From assembly GCF_009914755.1 (NCBI RefSeq), contig NC_060932.1: DNA of 64,000 nucleotides; one strand, given 5' to 3'. Source of the DNA: the human T2T-CHM13v2.0 reference genome, Homo sapiens. Below the pieces are notes generated by a model. That model was not told where the DNA came from. It searched no databases and saw only the letters and a program-made list of their open reading frames with translations. Positions 1-12,916 of the stretch are shown here, piece after piece. The position numbers were made by a program, and so were the translations under genes. Positions within the stretch are counted from its first letter, which is position 1. Each line of letters opens with the position of its first letter.

Positions 1-1524
1 AGGCAACCATGCTATAGTGACATGTCCAAGAGTAAATTCTTTCCAGCATTCTTAGTATTGATATAAATGTTCAAGTGGTGAGTATATGTTTCTGGAATGT
101 TTAATGTTTCCATTGGCAGTTGGGTGGAGTTTGTTTTATTTTAGGGGAGCTATGCCATAGGTCAGTTAATACTGTCTTATGTCATTACAGCATTCCCTCA
201 AACAGATTTGATAGGATATATGAAAGTTTTTGAAAAAGTGATCTAAACAGTTTAATCATAACAACTTTATGGAGCATTAACATTTTCATAAAACTTATGT
301 AAGGAAGTGAGAGTCTGCCAGAAGCACAAAATGCTCTGTTAGCATATAGCTTGTGGACACTGATTTTTGCTGTAAAGTCTTTGACTTCATTTAAACTAAC
401 TCACGACACATTACTGATCTAGTTTGTAAGCAAAACCACAGTCTATGAAAACCAGATTTCTTCACTACAAAGAAAGTAGTAGATTTTTTTTTCTCTCTCA
501 TGGTAGATAGCCCCAGTTGAACAGAACAAAGAACATTACTTTTGTGTTTAGGAGAATTGCAGTTATGGATGAATGTATCAAGAGAGGGGCAAGGATATAT
601 GTTTTAATCAGTGCATACCAGTGTCAAAAATGCAGGGTTTCTTCCATGCCATTGGCCATGTGGGGTTTATAGAAGAAGAAACTGTGCTTGGACTTATATC
701 AGGACTATAACTCACTACAGTTTTTGGAAAAATGTGGGGAAATTCTATAGAAAAGACAGGTTTTGGTCAAGGGTTCACTTGCTAAACCATAATTCAGGTA
801 GCACCATCTTAGCCCTTGCTTCTCTCACTTGAAAGCTTCGCAGGGGAGGATGGCATCTTTAGAATTAGTCAAAGGGGCTGTAGCATAAAACATAATTGTG
901 GTTATTAGCCTTTTCTGGTTGACAGTTAAGTAACAGTTGTGGCAAGAAACAGAGACTATGATATATATATTGATGGTGAGTGTGCCAGGGTATCACTTAA
1001 AATGGCACCAGCACATTTTGGGGGTGGGAGTAGTTTAGCCTTTGTATATGTGAGGGGATTATTTTAAATATGTGATTTATACCACCTTTTTTTCTTATGA
1101 AAACATACTCTTTTTGAAGAGAAAAAGAAATATGCCCAAATAAATGCTATAACAGTACCATGACTTTCTTTATAAGAATTAGAAATCACTCTACAGAATG
1201 CCTTGAATTGCATGTCTATGAGCTATCTAGTGGCTATTTAATTCCAACTAAAGAAAGGGATACCAATCCTGTTTTCAACACAATTCTGAAATAGAATATT
1301 CATAAACCATTATACACATTATTAGTGAAACGGATAGATTATTATTCTTTAATTTTTACATATTTTGATGGTTTGACCAAGTGGGTAGTCTTTGAATTAC
1401 ACATCTGCATAACAGGGCAAAAGAACCATCTTCATATCTTTTTAATCCAAGCAAAATGATAACTGATAAATCCAAGGATATTTACAAAATTTCAAAAGCC
1501 AGAGAATCTGTGCATATGTCTTAC

Positions 1525-2547
1525 CTTTCTCTTACGAAGTCTGACTTGGTTATCTGTGGGTTCCTGGGTGGCCAGGGTCTCCTTTAATTGTAAACACTGC
1601 ATGCCATCTTCTGCCTTGACCTTTGGTGGACTTTTGTTTTGATGTTGTGAAAAACCACTCTTCTCCAGGCCATTTTCAGCTGACATTCCATTGGGGCAGG
1701 AAGGAGGCTGCAGAAGGCAGCTTCCAAAATCTGTTTTTAATAATGGCAGTCCTCTGTTTGTGCAAGGAATATCCAAGAACTCATCGTGTACTACATTGCA
1801 GGTGCTTCTTTCATTTTCATCTTTAGGGGGGTCAGGTTTCCTTCGTTGCTGAGCAATTACAGCAGAGTTAAGCAATTGTTTCTCAGGTGCAATATCTTTC
1901 ACGTTCAAAGTATCCACTGCATTTACTTTGGGTGCATCTTTTATTTCACTTAAGCTTATTTCATTGCAAAGCTCCAGGCTTTTACTTATAGAGTCAGTAA
2001 CTTTTCTCTCCCCACTTTCTTTTACCAGTGCTAATTCAGTTTCACCAGCTATTCCCCAGGAGTTAGAAGAAACTTGGTTACTTTGTATGATGGGCAGTGC
2101 CTTTTCTAAGGAGCCTGCTCCTTGGATCATATGTTGGCCTGATGTTTTCTGCCCTTGGGTATTTAAAACCTGTTTATCATCTGTAAGGCATAAATCAGCA
2201 TTGTTATCCTCATCAGAAACATGCACTAGTGTTTCTGTGCTGGCTTCCAGAGAAAGAAACTGATCTTCACCTTCATGGCTGTCATTTTCGTCCACATCCT
2301 TTGAAAGATGACCCATTGGCCTCCCAGGAAAATCTCTCAGCTCTGATCCATGACAGCAGTCAGGTAGTGAAACACACTTCTCTTTGCGGTCCACATTTAG
2401 AGTTGCATCTTTTTCCATACTTGCCTGCAAGCTGTCAGCTACTAGTCCATGATGACATGCTGTGTTACGATCATCAGAATTAAAAGGCTGTCCCATCCAG
2501 TGGGTCACATGTTCTTCCCAGCTTCTCTTTCTGATAGCTACAGACAT
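1525..2547 (-). CDS. DLC1: DLC1 long isoform, coding part of first coding exon (aa 1-341, N-terminal extension upstream of the SAM/RhoGAP/START core)
   Basis: Translation MSVAIRKRSWEEHVTHWMGQPF...DNQVRLRKRK matches the recalled N-terminus of human Rho GTPase-activating protein 7. ATG at 2547-2545; phase-0 donor AAG|GTAAGA at 1525/1524; 1023 nt = 341 codons. The ORF track's extra MLNYDD and VRHMHRFSGF are UTR and intron. Confidence 0.96.
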
Positions 2548-2672
2548 GTCATCATAGTTTAACAACAGACAGAGAGATATATTCCATATGAGGGTAAAGG
2601 AGATGGAACTTGATGAAAGATTATTTCAAAATCACCAATCAAAGAAGCGAATGAGTTCTGTCATTTCACCAC
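2548..2672 (-). other. DLC1: 5' UTR part of the DLC1 first coding exon (125 nt)
   Basis: Minus-strand acceptor TTTTGAATTTTTTAATAG|GTGGTG, AG at 2674-2673, preceded by a T-rich tract. Confidence 0.88.
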
Positions 2673-5604
2673 CTATTAAAAAATTCAAAAAAATATGTAG
2701 TCGCAGATACGTTTCTAAAGTCAAAATATATCTTAGAAAAGAGAAAACTTAATCTATGCTATCAAAGTTAAGAGATTTTATAAAGCTTCTGTTTAGTAGC
2801 TTTAATAATGTCATTTCTTTAAGAAGCCTAATACTAGAAGGAAATTTAACATTGAATATTTCTGATAAAAATCATCAGCAATACTTTTAAAGGCATTTAA
2901 AGGCAGTTGGATTGGTCCATTAATGAATAAAGATACAAATACTGAACATTTAAAACTCCATTAAGAAAATATGTGAAATGCAATACTTAATAAAAATCAC
3001 TGGAAGAAACATTGTTCTGGCTTGCATGTTTTCCTGATTTACTTTTGTGAACACAAGTTGTTAAATAAATCTATTCACTGTTTGGTTTGAATCACAGCGA
3101 AAGCCACCAGGGAACTGTTCATGCAAAACTTGAGCTATAGAGACAGCATGTGTAATGTATTAGTGTGTGAAGGAGCTAACACCGAACCCAAACGACCAGT
3201 ATGTAGTTACTCCAGGGAATGACTAAGAAACATGGAATAATCCAGTTTAGCACATATTAACACAGAATGCATGGATTAGAAAGCATAACACATACCATTT
3301 ACAATGCCTTAGGACAGATACATCTGTACATGCATCCTACTACTGCTACTACTAGCTTGCAAGCTGGTATTTTTGAAGCTTAAGGGAAATTAAATAATTT
3401 ACTAAAGTTATACATGTAGCAAGTGAGCCGAGATTCAAACTTGGTCCTGCTTCTAAGGCCCAGACTGAGATAGTCAACAAACTTCATTGTCTCCATGGAA
3501 TTATGAGATTCTACCTTCATCCCTTCTTCCCACATAACTTTAGTATGTGTAAACTCTAAATATTTTATGCAAGAATTCAAGTGAACATAAAGGAAGATAT
3601 GACTATAAGACAATTGGGACTATTCTTCAGAAACTTCAGTCTCATTCTGTTTGGCTTATAAGAAGTTTAGTTTGCATATTTCTGTTAGAATATGGCCATA
3701 AAATTTAAGTAAACAAGAAAATCATGCATAAGACAAGCTTAGAATACAAACACATACCAGGTACCCAAATTTTTGCCTTGAATTCTTCAAACCCTTAGTT
3801 AAAGGAAAGAAATAATACCAGTGTCAACTCAACGTTATAAAAATGACTAACCCAAATTTTGCCCCACAATGAAACTATATTATTGGACTGTAAAAGAAAA
3901 ATCCCATTCACAGAGCAGACACTTTTAGTTTTTACTTCACACGAGAACTGTCAGCACACAACATGGGTTGAGTTACTGATTTCTGCTATAAACAAGATTA
4001 ACTGCTATACTGATTTTCGATCTCTTTAGTCTATTCTATTGTAAAGGGCCTTGACTCCCCAACAAAAATTTCGAGCTGTTCTGACTAAGCACATGCCTGA
4101 GAGGTAAATATTTCCAGTCTGTAAAAACTGGCGAAATTGACATGTGCTAGAATTTTAGTATCCCAGCCTGACCAAGTATCTTTCTGGATACTATTTGGTT
4201 CCCTCAGAGGTCTGTGGCCATCTTGAAAAGTGGTCAGCCTTCACATTTTCCATGTTGACGTTCACTCTGCACTCAAAAGAAAATATAAAATCTCTGAATT
4301 CCATGCATAAGTCATTATAACGTGGGAGGCTACGGAAAGTGGAAAGAACACATAGATGCAAGCCAGAAAATTTCTGCTTTCATGGGCACATTTGGGAGGT
4401 AATAGGGTTTTAGATACTTTTCTCTCTTTATTTTTATCCAGTGTAGAAAGAGCCGGCTCACTTAAGAAATACCAAGTGGTATTACGATGTCACTCCTAAG
4501 CCACATTTATATTTTAAGTTGAGCCTGAATTCTGGTTTCATTTCTTTTACTAAGAAGAAATATAGTTTTATTAACTTTTTAGGCAAAAAGAATTACACAA
4601 AAATTTTGCCTTTAAGACTTGACAATAATATTCATTAATTTCTGTCACTCAACCTTGACAAGTAGGTAAGTATTTCTGTCAAATCAAAGGAAGATAGTTC
4701 AACAAGTTCTGAGACAATCTAACTGGAAAGAGAGACTATAAATAAGATAAATCCAATAAAGCATTAACTCTTCTTGCTTTCATTTCTAATCTAGGTGCTT
4801 TCAACATTTCCAAATCATTTCTGTAAGTGTACACTTTTATTTTTAAGATATGCAATTTCTCAATTTTCATAACGATCATTATTACATTTGGCATCTTCAT
4901 TCATTCCATGTCATGTGGTCTGATAGTTTTTTTAAAAAAATGAATGTCTGCAAGCTCTCCTATCCAGTTTCTATTTAAATTTTGATTTGTAAGATTTATA
5001 GTTAAATCTGTCTCTATGATTTAAAGACCAGATTATTAATAAATAGGAGCATTAGATTATTGTCAATCACATCTGAGTTTATAGGTCTCATTTCCTAAAT
5101 CATCTGAATTGATTATAATCTATCCCCTAATAGAGAGAAATCTTTGTAAAAGACTGACTTCTCCTGTGAGCCTCCTCACTGGGCCGCCTTATTTAAAATT
5201 ACATTTCAAAAAACTGACTACTTATTTTTCAGATTTCTATTACATTTCTTTTGTAATCCTATTCATGCAGTTTCATTCAGAATGAGCTCAGTTGCTGAGG
5301 ATTTGGATGGAGGATCTGGAAAATTGTAGGTCATTTCAGGATGTTGGTTTTATGAAGTGAATTTCCATGGGGATTTTTCACTTCTTAAATTCATGTGTTC
5401 AAGCACCGTGACATTAACATCACAAGAGACTGTATGTACTTCTAATGATGCTATGATTCTGGAAAATACTTTTGAAATTTCCAAATTTGTGATATTCGTG
5501 CATGATTTTGAATTCATTGTTTGGGTTAATTTTGTAACACTTACCATGCCTTAACGTAAGAGTTTTATAGCATACAATATATACATTAAAGTTGAACAAA
5601 ATTA

Positions 5605-5972
<368 letters not shown>

Positions 5973-6576
5973 TCATGCTCTATTTTTGCACTTGTCTCTG
6001 AAATAGAAGACCACCTTATAATTTGGCCTGCCAATTGTTCTTAGAAAAGAAGAGCTTGATAATAATTACTACTGCTGATTCTACAGCCTGAGAGAGCAAG
6101 GTGCAGATGAAGTACCACTGGCTGAAATCAAGTGTTCAGTCTGTAGAACTGACAGTAGTTAGTTCATAATCACTATTCATCAAGCATTTATTTAGTACCC
6201 AGTGAGTGGCAGAAACTTGTCTAAACATTAGGAATATAAACCTGAATTGTATAGTCTACCTTTGCTACTGAAGCTTACCAATTTTGTGGGAGAAACTCCT
6301 GTAGACAAGGATAATAGTTACAAAGAAAGTTCTATCATGGATATCTATCTGTGGTAAATATCTATCTATCTGTGGTAAGTTTTCTGCCTCCAGAACGTTC
6401 AAGTCAAATGGTATTTGAGGTACAGTTTCCTACTGGATAGAAGAAATCTTCCTTTCTTTCTGGCTTCAGATTTCTACTATTCTAGAATTACCTCTTTGGA
6501 AAAGATAGCAGAGGTAACAATAAATTCCAGAGAATTGCTTGCAACTCGAAAACTCACTAGTTACCTTGGAGGGTAA

Positions 6577-6905
<329 letters not shown>

Positions 6906-6914
6906 TTCAGAGAA

Positions 6915-7990
6915 CATTAAGAGAAGAAATTTTTCAAAGAAAACAATTTTAGCATGTGTTCCAGAACAAATGATTCAAGTCTTCCGATTGAAGGGAACTC
7001 ATGAGGATGCAATGGTACCAGAAAGAACAATAGACCACGTAAGAAATGTCGTTGTGAATTTTCAGAACATAGGAGGTAAGCAAATGGTTCTAAATGTAAT
7101 CGGAGAAAGAGAAAAAGAGATGATATATTAGGAGCTGGGAATCAATGGTATCAGATTTGTCAAAAGTAACAGTGCAGGGAAGACGACAGGCAAATACGAC
7201 TTCAAAATTTGGATGGGAAATTATGTCTGCCTTAAAATTATATGAAAAGTCTTACTTTTTTTTTAACCTCTTCTCAAAAGCTACTGGAGAGATAGCTAAC
7301 CCCAAATTAAAAAATAAACACAGTGGGAAAGACATGGCAAAAGGAAGCCAAGAATTCAGCACAAGTGAGGAAGGTATAGAATTTTCAGGATAAAAGTTGT
7401 GTAGCAAGTCCAGTGGTCAATCATTTCACATAACTCCTAAAGTTGTCTCTGGGAGATGTCTCTAAAAAAAGGGAAATAATAAATTATATATGACATATTG
7501 AGAGGAATTTTATAATAAAGTCAAGCAATTTGGATGGAAGAATTATTAATAGTTATAGAGAACACTAGGGATATCAATTATCAACCACAGGAAAAATAGT
7601 TTTACAAGAAGGAAAATATAATTATAGTATACTCCATAAGCTGTGGCTAATTTTTTTCATGTAGTCAAAATAATGCAAATAGTAAACATTAAATTAACCA
7701 AAACATATGAAGCAATGATTTTCAGTGCATAGGATTCTGTGAGGAGTGAGATTAGGGAGAGCAGGGAAAATAATTTAAGGGAGATAGTCACTTTCTGTAG
7801 CAGGAAGTTAACAGATAATGTTTAAAATAGAAAAAAAAATCATAGTACAATCATATTGTTTAGAAATACAGAGTTAAATATCAGAAGACATAGCTAAAAA
7901 TAATTTAAAGTATTATGATATTGTGTGCCATTTGCTAAGAAAGTCTTATCTCTGGATTTCAGAATTCATGCTAAAAATAATTTAAATTTT
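6915..7990 (+). mobile_element. Ancient HAL1/L1M ORF1-type remnant
   Basis: Broken frames read RNVVVNFQNIGGKQMVLNVIGEREKEMIY and SDLSKVTVQGRRQ, resembling the L1 ORF1p C-terminal half (RHIIVKF..KEKIL..K.ITY; DFS..T..ARRQW). Boundaries approximate. Confidence 0.55.
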
Positions 7991-8505
7991 AAAATGTTCT
8001 ACAGCAGTAATTTTAAGGTTAAGTTGATGCATAAACACGACTGCAGTTCTTCTGCAATATGTCTGGTGGGGCCAAACCATTCTTTTTGCCCCATTCCCCC
8101 TCACCACAGCATCCCCTCGCAATTACACAAACACCAGTCTCATGTACGTAGCAAAGAAAAGGTGCCAGTTTGGATATTTATCTTATGTCACCAATGTCAG
8201 CACAATTTCTATGAGATTCTTAGGTCAGTTCTTTCAGTTTCCTTTCCTTCCCTAACTCTCCTGGGGAATTCCTGAAATTTGGAACAGGTATTCTTAGGAA
8301 TTGTCTAAGCCATAGTTTTCCTAAAATGTTATCTGAATAGAAGTTTAAGATACATAAAATAACATATAAATAGCATTACATTAGTACATGCACATAAATG
8401 GGGAATTCTCACTCAAATTCCCACTTTTCCTGAATCCCTCACTCACAGTACTTGGAAAGATGGCAACTTTTGTATTCATCCCATCAAATGCAGGTATCTT
8501 ATTTT

Positions 8506-8648
8506 GTCCTTTGAGAATACATGTGATACATATATGTGTGTGTGTATATATAAAGCAGTCCTTTGAGAATACATGTGATACATATATGTGTGTGTATACA
8601 TAAAGCAGTCCTTTGAGAATACATGTGATATATATATGTGTGTATACA
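8506..8648. repeat. ~50-52 bp tandem repeat, about 2.8 copies
   Basis: GTCCTTTGAGAATACATGTGATA starts at 8506, 8558 and 8608; each unit has an internal (TG)/(TA) tract. Confidence 0.92.
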
Positions 8649-9004
8649 CACACATATATACACATATGTATACAAATACATGCACACATAAATATGTATA
8701 TGTAAACACACACATATATATAAATGAACACGCTATTGACTTCTGGGTTGTGAGAGTGTGTGTGTGTGTACACATATATATTGATATAAATAAATGAACA
8801 CATGATTGACTCTAGGATATTCTATTAAATATCCTGAATATTTAATGGAAGGGAAAATAAAGACATAACAGTACTGCCATTTTACTTTTCTTTTCTTACT
8901 TCTTCCTTAGATAGCTAGAATTACTTCTGGTTTCCCTTAGAGTTTTTCATCCTGATTAGCCATCCCATGTTAAATTTCTAGGTCGTGTTCTCCACCTACT
9001 GCTT

Positions 9005-9048
9005 TATACACATACACACACATGGACACACACACACAGACACACACA

Positions 9049-9086
<38 letters not shown>

Positions 9087-9175
9087 CACATATATATACA
9101 CACAGAGAGACACATGCACCCAAATATATATGTGTGCATATGTATGTATATAAATATACACACACACTTACATAA
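9005..9175. repeat. Compound (CA)n/(TG)n/(TA)n microsatellite
   Basis: Directly visible dinucleotide runs. Confidence 0.92.
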
Positions 9176-10850
9176 AACAGCTATCGCATAGCATGTGCTT
9201 AGTCACTGTGGGAAGGAAGAGAAGATGTAAGGGAAATAATCTCATGTTAATTAAACGCAACTTAACAGTTTCTAAAATGCTCTCTCAGCATATGAACGAA
9301 GAAGAAGACACCTCTACATTTGGCACATTTTGTTGCTACGTGGTGAGGGTCACCTTAGTAAGATGCATATGTTGGAAACCTGAATATCTGGTAATGATAT
9401 GAAATCTTACTGTATCTTAGCCTACTCTTGGGGACTCACACTTGTACATCGTATGTGCCCCCAAAACACTTACTGAATTGAATTAGGCAACTAGAAAAGA
9501 CGATCAACAACCTGGAAACAGACATGATCACAGGAGCACAACTTAATATAGTTCTTCAACTCATGTCAAAGTAAATCTTCATTACAAAGAGCATTTGTGG
9601 AAGCCAAAATGAAACCCATTTTCTTAATGATAATGTCAAAGAACAAATTACCTAGCAAACTAAATTGTGTACATTTGGGCGCCTTCCCACTGGCACACAG
9701 CTCAGTGATAAATGAAGAGGAATGCTCTTTACGACCAAACTGACTTGACATATGCTTAGAAGCCAGAAAGCCCAGGGAAGATATTATGTTTCTTAATTCC
9801 TTTATGTAAATACACAAACAAATAGCAAAAACCGTAAGAGCACATTTCTAAAAAGCATTTCTATGAGTCTAGTCCAGACAGCCAACTTTCAGTAAAAAAC
9901 AATTAGTGTTTTTCCTTTAAAATATTCATGTTATCTAATCTAAATTAGACAAGACTAGAATTAGACTGTGGGTGGATAAACATTTAATAACATGATGCAA
10001 GAATTTACCTCCATATGATTTCATGCAGATTCCCTTTCTTTAGTAGCAATATGTGTCTTAATCCCACACAAAATCATTATTCCTCTACTTTTACATACTT
10101 TGTTTAATGCTGGAATGTACTTGTTATACCTCATTACATGTTAGTGGAAAACATGAATCCCTGTTAAAAGTTTTATTGGCAAATTGCTTAATGGAGATTA
10201 AAATATTATATATGAAGTAGCTTCCATGTCTTTAGGCTGTCTGGAAAGCATCAAAAACTTTACCAAATTAAAGAATAAGTCATCTATAATGAGCCAAGTA
10301 AGGGGAATAAGTAGTGTTTCACTTTTTCCAAAAGACACATCCAACCTTCCATCAGGTTTAGTCTTTAGAAGAAAAATGAAGAAATAGGTACCCAGCTGAA
10401 AAATATTATTTTATTGTTAACCCATTTTTAGGTATATCTGAGTTTTTACTCAACTTAAAACATTTTTTTTATTCTTAGCCCTCAGTGATTCAGGCAAATT
10501 TGAAAGTTAACTCTTTCAATCCACTAGAAGTCAGCTCATGAGAAAAGAGCAGGGTGTTGCAAAACTGCAAGCTATTATTTCAGCGGTGCTCTATTTTTAC
10601 GTCCAGGTTGCTGCTATTTAATGTCGCTTCCAGTAGTGTCTAATTTTCTTGCAGAGAGGAGAGCAGATACTGGCAGTGTTTGACTTACCACCCACTTTAT
10701 GGCTCAAGCCAGCCAGATTTGGAGATTCTCTTAACATTTTCTTAAGCAACCCGCATGTAATTTGAGGAAACTGGGAATATTTTATGATATTCTCCTGATA
10801 TCACTGAGATCTTTCTGGGGATATTGGTTTCTAGGAGATCCCAGAATTAA

Positions 10851-11197
<347 letters not shown>

Positions 11198-12289
11198 AGA
11201 TGTAGTAATTTCTAAGTATCTATGTTTTATTTGGATCTCCATGTTTTATTTTTTTTTAAGTATGCAATCTTCTTAATAGTACTGTTTGATCCTATGCAGA
11301 ATAATTTGGGCATTTACAAATACATTGTACCTTAGATTAATTCTGCAAATAAATTCATTAATGAATAATTATCTTCTTTGCCATAATATCTCTTTTCTGT
11401 AGAACCTCTTACAATAAAGAAAAGTATTGCCTTTCCTCTGATCTTGTTTCACTTGAAATTTTTCATGTAACAGGAAATAGCCTAGGGTTAAAGTTGATAT
11501 TAAACGTGTGGCTGACCTTTTTATTATTGATGGCAAAGCAGTATGATTGAAATGTGGTTTGCTGTATTATAAAAAGATATTTTTATTCAACAAGGAACAC
11601 GGATTATAATGTTTTATCATCATCATGGTGAGATGCGGTTTTGCTTTAAGTGGTCACTTTATTTTTAGCTTTGCTATCATTTCTAAGAACACTCCAACAG
11701 TAGACACAGTAATCACTCCGCATAAATAACAGATATAGCTACATCAACCCAGGTGCTCAGATAGCAAGTTGACAGTAGGGAATTACATTTTTAGTCATTC
11801 CATAAGCACAATTTTCACTGAAATCAGGAACAAGATGTCATTAGGAACTTAATTACTTCTGTTAGCTTGGTGTCCTACCTGGGGTCAATGTCTCTGCTAT
11901 CAACTTTTGTCTTCCATACATCTCTATCATCTCATCTTAATTATGTCATCTACCTATAAATGTTTGAGCTTATTTTTATCACCAAGTGTTTTTCTTAATA
12001 CCTAAGAAATATTAAGTGCATTAGAAACTTATAATGATAATTATAGTAAAAACATCCTTCAATTAATTAAGCACTTATTATGGGCCAAGTACTGTATTCG
12101 GTGTGTTACTTAGAAGCTATCTCCTTTAGCAGTAATACAAATGTTGTATGAAACAAATACCATTATTGCTCTAATTAATTTGATAGGGAAGAATTTTGGC
12201 AGGACTGATTAACTAGCTCAGTGTCAAATACATACTGGTGGGCAGGAATTCTCTCCCATTTTTGTGAGGATGTCTGTGAAATAACTTTT

Positions 12290-12465
12290 TTCCCCCTGGT
12301 GATTAGGGTTAGTTACCTAAATTCTATGTACCTCAGTTTTCTCAGTTCTGTAATGGGAATAATGAAAAAACTGTTGAGGGGAAAATGATAATGAGTTAAT
12401 AACAATGAGATTATAATATATGTAAAACACTTAGTCCATGGCACATTTCAAGCACTCACTAGATG
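12290..12465 (+). mobile_element. MIR remnant
   Basis: GTTACCTAAATTCTATGTACCTCAGTTTTCTCAG..TAATGGGAATAATG and TGTAAAACACTTAG resemble the MIR core and 3' part. Confidence 0.6.
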
Positions 12466-12650
12466 TAAAGTGACTTGATCATGATGATGGTGATGGTGAT
12501 GGTGATGATGACTCCTTTAGCTTTCAACTGATCTTAGCTGCAGAATCCAGGGCTGAGTATGAGCTGAAACTATCTCTTCTATGTCCATGATATTTCAATA
12601 TAGATGAGTGATTAGAACAAAATGTGAGTGAAACACAATTATTCTTTATT

Positions 12651-12916
12651 CTTTTTTTTTTTTTTTTCCTGAGATGAAGTTTTGCTCTTGTCGCCCAGTC
12701 TGGAGTGTGATGGCACAATTTCGGCTCACTGCAACCTTCACCTCCCAGATTCAAGTGATCTCCTGCCTCAGCCTCCTGAGCAGCTGGGATTACAGGTGCC
12801 TGCTACCATGCCTGGCTAAAGTTTTTTGTATTTTCAGGAGAGATGGGGTTTCACCATGTTGGTCAGGCTGGTCTCGAATTCTTGACCTCAGGTGATCTGA
12901 CTGCCTTGGCCTCCCA
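12651..12916 (-). mobile_element. AluS (Sp/Sq-like), 5'-truncated
   Basis: Poly(T), GAGATGAAGTTTTGCTCTTGTCGCCCAG..., stops at GGCCTCCCA; TATTCTTT on both flanks. Confidence 0.92.

Noticed and set aside
1623-2483. Three plus-strand ORFs antisense to the DLC1 exon
   Set aside because: Shadow frames of a real coding exon; no recognisable protein features or splice context.
8506-8648. Repeat-spacer pattern resembling a CRISPR array
   Set aside because: The 'spacers' are near-identical TG/TA tracts, there are only three units, the context is eukaryotic and there are no cas genes.
8381-9191. Y/I/H/T/V/C-rich ORFs (also at 54349-54786)
   Set aside because: Translations of dinucleotide microsatellites, which lack stop codons by composition.
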